From Isurus oxyrinchus (taxonomy: Eukaryota), in contig JANJGN010000052.1 in NCBI GenBank assembly GCA_026770705.1, forward strand, positions 2,666,001-2,730,000: a DNA stretch of 64,000 nucleotides. Direction: 5' to 3'. Of this stretch, positions 10,401-19,601 are shown in pieces (positions within the stretch are counted from its first letter, which is position 1; each line of letters opens with the position of its first letter). The notes below the pieces were generated by a model that saw nothing but the letters and a program-made list of their open reading frames with translations, did no database searches and had not been told where the DNA came from. Made by a program: the position numbers and the translations under genes.

Positions 10401-11902
10401 CGCTGTGTAAATGCAAGTTGTGAGTGTTATGTGGAAGGGAGACCCCAGGTGGCAGTCAGTGCCAGAGACTGGAGTCATTGTGCGCAGACCGTATCTAATC
10501 TCTCCGAATGCACAATCGGTTTGACTGTCAGCCAAAGCACTTTTGATATTTGATCCTTCTAACTGTTTATAACCAGGCCTACATCAAACACCGAGAGGCT
10601 GGTTAATCAACAGACACCTTAGAGGATCGAGTGAAAGACAAAGAGGACTTGCATTTCTCTATAAAAACAAAGAAAACTGCGGATGCTGGAAATCCAAAAC
10701 AAAAACAGAATTACCTGAAAAAACTCAGCAGGTCTGGCAGCATTGGCGGAGAAGAAAAGAGTTGACGTTTCGAGTCCTCAGAAGGGTCATGAGGACTCGA
10801 AACATCAACTCTTGCATTTCTCTAGCGCCTTCCAACACATCAGGACGTCCCAAACTGTTTCGCAGACAATCAAGTGCTTTTTTTCTTTCATGTGAGGTCA
10901 CTGATGTACTGTGGGAAAAGAATCAGCCATTGGCGCACTGTAAGATCCCACAGACAGCAGCATGATAATGACCAGCGCACTCCCAGTACTTGCACTGCAA
11001 GTGTCAGTTCAGGGTGTCTGCTCGATTCTCTGCAACTCTCAGCTCTGAGTTAAAAGGACCACCAGGCGTAATTGAGAAATTACCGAGCTGTCGGAGGGTC
11101 AGTACCAGCGGGGGGGCAGGACAGTCGGAGGGTCAGTACTGAGGGGGTGCTGCATTGTCAGACAGTCAGTCTTGGAGTGCTGCACTGTCAGAGGGTCAGT
11201 ACCGGCGGGGGACTGCACAGTCGGAGGGTCAGTACTGAGGGGGTGCTGCATTGTCAGACGGTCAGTACTGAGGGAGTGCTGCACAGTCGGAGGGTCAGTA
11301 CTGAGGGGATGCTGCACTGTTGAAGGCGCTGTCTTTCAGATGAGATGTTAAACTGAGACAACATCTGCCCTCTCAGATGGATGTAGAGGATTCCATGGCC
11401 ACAATTTAAATGAAGTGCGTCAGGAGTTGGGGGTATGTGTGGAGGGGGTGGTGGGGGCTGGATGGGGTGGAGTTATGTCCGCTTTCCTGGGGCAAACATT
11501 TATCCCTCAACTGACATTGGTAAAAAACTGAAAATCGGGGCCATTATCACATTTCTGTTTGTGGGATCTTGCTGTGCGTGAATTGCCTGCTGCGTTTCCT
11601 ACATTACAGCGGTGAGCTCACTTCAGAAAAAGTCCTTCCTTCAGCTGTGGAACACTTTGGGCCATCCTGAGGAGGGGAAAGGCGCTATAGAAATGCGCCA
11701 TCCTCCTTCCAATGACGCGCCTGATTGAAATGATGCCTTCTTTCTTTCCGGAATGTTCTCACCTATTGTCCTCCTGCTTTTCCAGGGCTCCTTGCTGCAG
11801 CGCCAGAAGAGAATGGGCAGACAGCAGCTCTGCAGATTCTGCTGTAACTGCTGTAATTGGAGAGAACCAAATGAGACTTGTGGTCTCTGCTGTAGATATT
11901 AG
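7326..11902 (+). CDS. HAMP: Hepcidin precursor, 3 exons join(7326..7418,9329..9385,11786..11902), 88 aa
   Basis: MGSSQMKWRLVLFTLTLLLSLQLSHFFSLSR|VDTALGSSTIEKSVDSPDT|GSLLQRQKR-MGRQQLCRFCCNCCNWREPNETCGLCCRY*; both introns GT-AG phase 0; 8-Cys C-x2-CC-x-CC-xn-C-x2-CC pattern; furin site; next to Siglecs as HAMP is next to MAG/CD22 in mammals. Confidence 0.92.
7575..8510 (+). repeat. L2 ORF2 C-terminal fragment expanded into a 32-bp minisatellite (HAMP intron 1)
   Basis: EILILVF...PYLCNLLQP then many copies of ctccctatctctgtaacctcctccagcccctacaac. Confidence 0.85.
8570..9230 (+). mobile_element. DeuSINE (SacSINE1-like) with internally expanded 30-bp minisatellite
   Basis: cagtactgagggagtgctgcactgtcggagggt units followed by the Deu-like domain (aaagatcccac...gaagagcagggg...ctccccggtgtcctgg...atatttatccctca). 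Confidence 0.75.
9329..9385 (+). CDS. HAMP: Hepcidin exon 2 (prodomain, 57 bp)
   Basis: Long pyrimidine tract plus gcag acceptor; donor GTAGGT; phase 0/0, open frame; size typical of HAMP exon 2. Confidence 0.82.
10080..10420 (+). mobile_element. L2 LINE 3' end
   Basis: attggtggccgtgccttcagc...tttaagacgctccttaaa...tttgaccaagcttttggtcacct...ggcgctgtgtaaatgcaagttg. Confidence 0.7.
10662..10810 (-). mobile_element. Short Penelope-type end insertion with 14-bp target-site duplication and inverted repeat
   Basis: cttgcatttctcta repeated at 10648-10661 and 10811-10824; inverted arms 10757-10780 and 10790-10813. Confidence 0.7.
11085..11700 (+). mobile_element. DeuSINE with 30-bp minisatellite (HAMP intron 2)
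   Basis: 30-bp units then gtctttcagatgagatgttaaactgag...catttatccctcaac...gatcttgctgtgc. Confidence 0.7.
11786..11902 (+). CDS. HAMP: Hepcidin exon 3 (RQKR cleavage site + 29-aa mature peptide at 11813-11899)
   Basis: Acceptor cttttccag; 8 cysteines in hepcidin order; TAG at 11900-11902. Confidence 0.95.
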   Translation, partial: GSLLQRQKRMGRQQLCRFCCNCCNWREPNETCGLCCRY

Positions 11903-12199
11903 ACCCTGGCCTCATTCACGCAAGGTCATCCTGCACCATGCCACAGCCTCTCCCCTCCTTATCTACTGCTTAGCAATCTATTTCACACAGGCCCTGTTCA
12001 TTAATTCCAACTGAAACTTTACCTGCGTTTTACAGCAGGGAAAGAAGCCATTCGGCCCATCTGTTCCATGCTGGTGTTTCTGCTCCACACGAGTCTCCGC
12101 CCACCCCTTCTCCATCTCACCCCATCACCATATCCTTCTATTCATTTCTCCCTCGTGTGTTTATCCAGCTTCCCCTTAAATACATCGACACTATTCACC

Positions 12200-12590
12200 T
12201 CCCGTGACTGTGTTTGTGTCTGTCTTTATGAGCGTGTGTGTGTGACTGTCAATATGTGTGTGTCAATGTGAATGTGTGTGATTGTGTCAGCGTGTGTGTG
12301 TGTATGTGTGACTGTCAGTGCGTGTCAATGTGAATGTGTGTGATTGTGTCAGCGTGTGTGTGTGTGTGTGTGTGACTGTGTCAGTGTGTGTCAATGTGAA
12401 TGAGTGAGTGTGTCAGTGTGTCTGTGTGGGTGTGTGTGACTGTGTCAGTGTGTGTCGATGTGAATGAGTGAGTGTGTCAGTGTGTCTGTGTGGGTGTGTG
12501 TGACTGTGTCAGTGTGTGTCAATGTGAATGAGTGAGTGTGTCAGTGTGTCTGTGTGGGTGTGGGTGTGTGAGTGTGCAAGTGAATGTGTG
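12200..12590. repeat. Degenerate (TG)n microsatellite in the probable HAMP 3' UTR
   Basis: TG-rich tandem units. Confidence 0.85.
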
Positions 12591-12787
12591 AGGAATCTTA
12601 TGACTAAGTCATTTGAATGGATGTTACTGGGGTTAATGATAGTTAAAATTCAGAGAGATGTAAAGCGGGCTCCTGATTTTGCTGCTTTATGCTCCCGGGC
12701 ACAGATTGACCCCGACAATGTGTTCATGATTCACCATCATCTTGTCGGGACTTTAATTGTAAAGATGATGATTTGTAAAAAAAAATG

Positions 12788-12793
12788 AATAAA
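12788..12793 (+). terminator. Candidate HAMP polyadenylation signal
   Basis: First AATAAA seen after the HAMP stop, followed by T/GT-rich sequence. Confidence 0.45.
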
Positions 12794-12999
12794 CAACTTT
12801 TGTCTTCACAAAGAGTCTGGCTTGGTATTTCAGGCTACTTGTCTCTCCCTCACCCTCCCCCCCCCACCATGCCCCCCACACCAGGGAACAATTGTCCCCC
12901 CTTCCTCTGAAGTTCGGGGTAAAGATCAGCTTTGTTCAATGCAAGCTGTTCCGACATCGAGAACGTTGTTACAAATATCTCACAAAGGGCACACGCCAT

Positions 13000-13135
13000 G
13001 ATAGCCCACTTTCAACAGATTTTACCAGTTGACCAGGTTGAAAACCTTTTCATAAACCACAACGTAGGTGTTCAATTCTTGCTGCTGTTTGCTTAATGCT
13101 CTCATAACTGCTATAACCTCTCTAGTTCCACTACA
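13000..13135 (-). mobile_element. Degenerate RTE-like reverse transcriptase fragment
   Basis: GTREVIAVMR...VVVYEKVFNLVNW* resembles RT GTRDAI...DYEKAFDRVDW. Confidence 0.45.
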
Positions 13136-14429
13136 TAACAACACAAACATAAATAAACAGAAGCAGGAGTAGGCCTTTTGGCCCCCCAAGCCTGCTTGTC
13201 CATTTAATTTGAACCTGGCTCCTGCTGAAAGTTATTTAAGTTGAAGCGATAAAGCCATCAGGTGCAAGGATTAAAATGTAAGCAAAGGAAAAATAATACT
13301 TAGAGATGAGAGTTAAAATCAGTTTCTGTCAAGTATCATAGTGAGGCCATTGCTCTGGATTCCTTCTTTCCAGAGTGAAGGGTTTGAAACTAGGAGTCAC
13401 ATTCAGCAGCTGCATTGTCTTCTCTAGTCGACTGTTTGGAGGTTGCCTGTAGATGTGAATCAGCAGGTCAGCAGCTTTGAGGAGTGAGTGAAGGTCCCTT
13501 TTATTTACAGGATCTGCCACAGGATGTGCAGGAATATTCCTGCTGAATCCCCCATCCTTGTATTCATGAAGGTTTTGAAACTGGAAGTCATATTCAGCAG
13601 CTGCAATGGCCTTTGTAGTCAACTGTCTGGAGGTTGCCTGTACAGGTGGACTCGGCATGTCAACAGCTTTGTTGGGCGGGGGACACGGGTAGTGAAGGTC
13701 CCTTTTCTTTAAAGGCTCTGCCAGTGCAAAACTTGATGATCCTGGGTCAAAATCATGTAACTCCCTCCCCAACAGCACTGTGGATGTGCCCTATGGATGT
13801 TCCTTGGCTTCGACAAGCAGCCTACCAGCTCTACTCTCAATTCCTCTTCACACTTGCTTCCTTCCTCCTCTGGTCTTTACTTTGTTATAGTGTTAGTGTC
13901 CGCTCTGCCTTTTTTGTTGCTTTCCCAATTCTTCCCACCAACTCTCTCTGGCTTGATCCTGCTCTGTGCTCATCTCATTGGTTTGAGTTTCTATCCGTTC
14001 ATTGACCTGGTGTAATCTGAAACTGGTGCAATCAGGTAGGGGTGGGGGGGTTGGCGCTGGCCGTGGGTGGTGATACACGGCTACCTTTTTACCAAAATTC
14101 TTTCACGGGATGTGGACAGCGTTTGTTACCTGTTTCTGACTGACCCCTTGAGAAGGGGGTGCTGAGCTGCCTTTTCGAAGTGCTGCAGTTCGCCTGGTTG
14201 ACTGGTCTGTGGCGGGTTTTGATATAACTCAGTAGCTTGCTCGGCCATTTCAGGGGCCAGTTAAGAGTCAACCACATTGCTGTGGGTCAGGAGTCACACG
14301 TAGGCCAGAATGGGTAAGGACGGCAGGTTTCCTTCCCCAAAGGGCATTAGTGACCCAGATGGGTTTTTGCAACAATTGGCCTTAGTTTCATGGTCACCAT
14401 TACTGAGACTAGCTTCGCATTCCAGATGT

Positions 14430-16385
14430 CACATCCAGTCATGGACAATTAAACAACTCACTGGAGGAGGAGGCTCCACAAATATCCCCATCCTCAATGA
14501 TGGAGGAGCCCAGCAGATCAGTGCAAAAGACAAGACTGAAGCATGCGCAACAATCTTCAGCCAGAAGTGCTGAGTGGGTGATCCATCTCGGCCTCCTCCT
14601 GAGGTCCCCAGCATCAGAGATGCCAATCTTTAGCCAATTCGATTAATTCCACGTGATATCAAGAAAGGGCTGAAGGCACTGGATATTGCAAAGGCTCCAG
14701 GCCCTGACAATATTCTGGCAATAGTACTGAAGACTTGTGCTCCAGAACTTGCTGCGCCCCTAGCCAAGCTTTTCTGGAATTTTCTAGTACAGCTGCAACA
14801 CTGGCAACTACCCGGCTATGAGGTACGTCCTGTACACAAAAAGCAGGACAAATCCAACCCAGCCAATTCCCCAGCAGTCTATTCTTGATCATTACTAAAG
14901 TGATGGAAGGGGTCATCAACAGCGCTTGCAAGCAGCACCTGCTTACCAAGAACCTGCTCACTGACGCTCAGTTTGTGTTCCACCAGGATCATTCAGCTCC
15001 TGGCCTCATTACAGCCTTGGTTCAAACATGCACAAATGAGCTGAACTCCAGAGGTGAGAGGGACTGCCCTTGACATCAAGGCAGCATTTGACTGAGTGTG
15101 GCAAATCAAGGAGCCCGAGCAAAACTGGAGTCAATGGGAATCGGGGGAAAACTCTCCGCTGCTTGGAGTCATACCCAGCACAAAGGACGATGGTTGTGAT
15201 TGTTGGGGGTCAATCATCTCAGTTCCAGGACATCACTGCAGGAGTTACTCAGGGTAGTGTCCTAGGCTCAAACATCTTCAACTGCTTCATCAATGACCTT
15301 CCTTCCATCATAAGGTCAGAAGTGGGGATGTTTGCTGATGTTTGCACAATGTTCAGCACCATTCACGGCTCCTCAGATACTGAAGCAAGTTATGTCCAAA
15401 TGCAGCAAGACCTGGACAACATCCAGGCTTGGGCTGACAGGTGACAAGTAACATTCATGCCACACAAGTACCAGGCAATGACCAGCTCCAACAAGAGAGA
15501 ATCTAATTGAAGGTGCAGAAAATTTGGATTTATGTTCAAGAGCCAGCCAGGACCAGCAGCTAGGGCGCCAAAGCGTACACATCCTTACGTGAAAACTTAA
15601 AAACCTGTACTAAGGGCTCAGTTGGAAATTTGCAATGAGGAAATGGGAGACACACACACAAGGACACAGGGTGACTCAATCAAGAAATGGGGAAGGTTAT
15701 TTCACACCGTCCGATGGCCTTGAACCACATCCAGTCAGCCTCCGGTAACCTTTTGTATCGAACAAACATAGATTCTTTGCTGTCTCAAAAGGACAATAGC
15801 CAGTCTCTGCCCTGTAATTACTGAACAAGAACACAATTATCAGCCCACCGGAGGGTCATTGTGCTGTGGCCTTTGTCTAACTAATACCATTACCTTGTAA
15901 CTGAGAGTAAAAAATATATAAACTGTGCTCATTTGAACCTCGGTGGAGAAGCGCCTGTACTGCCCAGCGTTTGCTCCCCACATGCGTAATAAAGGAACCA
16001 CTTGAATATTGCATCTGGAGTCCGAGTGTTGAAATTTTGTACCAGAATATCCCACAGACCATTCATAACCATCGCCCCTTGGCATTCAATGGCATTACCA
16101 TCAATGAATCCCCCAATATCAACATCCTGGGAGTTACCATTGAGCAGAAACTGAACTGGACCAGCCATATAAACACTGTGGCTGCAAGAGCAGGTCAGAG
16201 GCTGGGAACCCTGCAGACAGTAACTCACCTCCTGACTCCCCAAAGCCTGTCCACCATCTACAACGCACAAGTCAGGAGTGTGATGGAATACTCTCCACAT
16301 GCCTGGATGAGTGCAGCTCCAACAACACTCAAGAAGCTCGAAACCATCCAGGACAAAGCAGCCCGATTGATTGGCTCCCCTTCCA
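14430..16385 (+). mobile_element. Non-LTR retrotransposon ORF2 (RT) fragment, interrupted by a solo LTR
   Basis: WTIKQLTGGGGSTNIPIL...; AGVTQGSVLG...FINDLP...MFADVC RT motifs; resumes at 16066 (INILGVTIEQKLNWTSHI...VRSVMEYSP). Confidence 0.85.
15508..16065 (+). mobile_element. Solo LTR (~558 bp)
   Basis: TG...CA termini, taat/taac 4-bp target duplication splitting the LINE ORF, internal TATATAAA (~15915) followed by AATAAA (~15988). Confidence 0.75.
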
Positions 16386-17884
16386 CAGAGCTAGATAGAT
16401 TCTTGATTAACAATGGGGTGAAAGGTCATTGGGGGTAGGCAGGAATGTGAGGTTGAGGTGACAATCAGATCAGCCATGATCTTACTGAATGGCGGAGCAG
16501 GTTCGAGGGGCTGAGTGACCTACTCCTGATCCTAACTCAGATATCCATATGTTCTCAAAGGCAAATGGGGATGGGCAACAAATACTGGCCTAGTCAGCGA
16601 CACCAACATCCCTGAAATGAATAAGAAAAAAATGTATCAATCAATTAAATTTATTGATTAATCGAATTGAAATTCCTCCAGCTGCCGTGGTGGGATTTGA
16701 ACCCGTGCCTTCAAAGCATTCACCTGGGCCTCTGGATCACTGGCCTAGTGCCATTCCCATGGTGCGACTGTCTGCTATCATCATGGCTCTTTCACATCGA
16801 TGTGGAAGTCCTGATAACAGAAGCATTGGACGAGGTACAGAAAGGTGACAAATCAGGAGCTCCATTGCTCAATATGAACGGATAATAAAGATAAATGAAC
16901 ATAAACCTTCCAGTCGCTAATTAGGGAGTCACTGTGGAACCCATGAGTCCCTCGCAGCGCTATTGCAACCTTCTGGATCCCCAGTAGGGGACTCGGGGTG
17001 CAGCTGTGTCTTCCTCATCATTTGGAAAAGCCGGAATTGTTCGGGTGCCCCTTCAAACAGGCCGAAGATGCAGTGGGTGATGTCTCCCACAGGCCCTGGG
17101 AGACCTCCCCTGCCAATTTGTTTTGTAGCTTATTCTTCAACTGCGACATTGGATCAGCTTGAAAAAGGGTGGGGCTGAGGCAATGCCACCAGGTAAGCGT
17201 CTATTCCCTCACACGTCACCCCCCCCCCACCCCCGTAACCATCACAGTCCCTCCCATCGTGCTGGAGGAGCATAATGTGCACATTCCCCTCCTTCCAATC
17301 AGTCTCCTCCCTTCCTCTCTAATCCTTGATCTTATTGTGTTCGGGGTTGACATCCCAGTCCTCCTCCCTAGACTGTCTGATGTTGACATCCCAATGCCCC
17401 ATGTAGACCTGACCTCTCTCCAACTAGAGGTCCATTGTACTGTGACTTACAGAGACCACCGGCCCCCCTCGATTCCCACCCCACCCCTACTCTCTATATT
17501 ACCTGCTCCCCACTGACAGGCTGCAGATGCCTCCCCTGACTGGGATTGTGCCACCTGCGGCCTAGTATCAAGCCACCCACCCCCAGGACCGACGTGTGTG
17601 AGGGACTGACCACGTCCTGCACACCATGCTGGGCACCACCAACCCAGGACTGCCAGGCTCTCCCCACCACACTGGACTGGGACTAGAATAGGCGTGCCAA
17701 GCACAGCTCTCTAAATCGTGGCGCAGACCCACAGCACTCGCAATGTTTTGTGGCCCGAATCCTTGCTGAGGAACTGCCCAGCACTAAAATCAAAACAACT
17801 GCAGATGCTGGAAATCCAAAACAGAAACAGAAACAGAAATACCTGGAAAAACTCAGCAGGTCTGGCAGCATCGGCAGAGAAGAA

Positions 17885-18730
17885 CTGAGGTAGTGCGGCA
17901 CTGTCGGAGGTTATGAACTGAGGGAGAGCTGCACTGTCGGAGGGTCTGAGCTGAGGGAGTGCTGCACGGTCGGAGGGTCTGAGCTGAGGGAGTGCTGCAT
18001 GGTCGGAGGGTCTGAACTGAGGGAATGCTGCACTTTCGGAGGGTTTGAACTGAGGGAGTGCTGCACTGTCGGAGGCTCTGAAATGAGGGAGTGCTGCACT
18101 GTTGGAGGGTTTGAACTGAGGAAGTGCTGCACTGTCGGATGGTTTGAACTGAGGAAGTGCTGCACTGTCGGATGGTTTGAACTGAGGAAGTGCTGCACTG
18201 TCGGATGGTTTGAACTGAGGGATTGCTGCACTGTCGGAGGGTCTGAACTGAAGGAGTGCTGCACTGTCGGAGGGTTTGAACTGAGGGAGTGCTGCACTGT
18301 CGGAGGGTTTGAACTGAGGGAGTGCTGCACTATCGGAGGGTATGAACTGAGGGAGAGCTGCACTGTCGGAGGGTTTGAACTGAGGAAGTGCTGCACTGTC
18401 GGAGGGTCTGAACTGAAGGAGTGCTGCGCTGTCGGAGGGTCTGAACTGAGGGAGTGCTGCACTGTTGGAGGGTCTGAAATGAGGGAGTGCTGCACTGTCA
18501 GAGGGTCTGAACTGAGAAAGTGCTGCACTGTCAGAGGGTCTGAACTGAGAGAGTGCTGCACTGTCGGAGGTTCTGAACTGAGGGAGTGCTGCACTGTCGG
18601 AGGGTTTGAACTGAGGGAGTGCTGCACAGTCGGAGGGTCTGAACTGAGGGAGTGCTGCTCTGTCGGAGGGTTTGAACTGAGGGAGTGCTGCATTGTCGGA
18701 GGGTCTGATCTGAGGGAGTGCTGCACTGTC
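17885..18730. repeat. 30-bp minisatellite variant (gtcggagggtctgaactgagggagtgctgcact)
   Basis: About 28 tandem units; source of spurious long ORFs. Confidence 0.95.
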
Positions 18731-19461
18731 TAAAGAACATTGTACAAATTGCACAAAATTTAATCTGATGCCTGTGTCTCATGCTAACATGAAGTTCATG
18801 CACACAACAGGAATATTTCTCTCTGTTTCTCTGCAGCAAGACAGCTTTGGTATCACACCACCCACTGGCAAGAGTGTGCAGCTACAATGTGACATGTTTA
18901 CATTGGAAATTTCTATTATAAAGATGGACAGAGGAATTCATCTGATTGGAATACGTGACAACAGGAAGCTATGTCTTTGAGCCAAGAATTTTGCAGCAAA
19001 ACAAGAATTTTAATCTTTAAATATCTACAGAACAGGCTGAGCATTTTAATCACTTGAGTTAATCAATGTAATTTTATTCATAAGCCAAATGCTTCTTACA
19101 ATCTATCGCAGCATGAAAAAGGTGCAGCATTCAGAAAGCACATTCCAATCAGAGAACAGAGTTTAGCAACGGCACATTTCTGTTCATTCCTACTCGATGA
19201 ACAATTTCAAAAGGAAATTGGACGGAAATTGGAAATAAATTTGCAGGGATACGGGGATAGAGCGGGGGATGGGACTGATTGCATTGCTTTACAGAGAGAC
19301 AGCATAGACTCAATGGGCCAAATGTCCTCCTCCATTGCTGGAATGACTCGATGATACGGAGATGATTCTAACCAGGACACTGACCAGTTTCTTTACAACT
19401 TAACACAACATCACACGTTATTTGTCCGCACTGACTGACCAGATTGTTGCTGTACAAAGCT

Positions 19462-19601
19462 TCAAACAGTCTGTCGACTTCCTTTCACTGTTTGTCTCTC
19501 CCAGACACAGACTCCAGCGATAGTGATAACCACAGCCACAAGGAATATCACAGCTCGTATTCCCAGGATCAGGATCACGTGCAGAATCTCTCCTCCACTG
19601 T
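19462..19601 (-). CDS. Siglec A TM/cytoplasmic exon with intramembrane Arg
   Basis: SGGEILHVILILGIRAVIFLVAVVITIAGVCVWERQTVKGSRQTV*; acceptor ttctctag; stop at 19462-19464. Confidence 0.85.

Noticed and set aside
11712-12014. 100-aa ORF in the track
   Set aside because: Alternative frame over HAMP exon 3; the hepcidin frame explains the sequence
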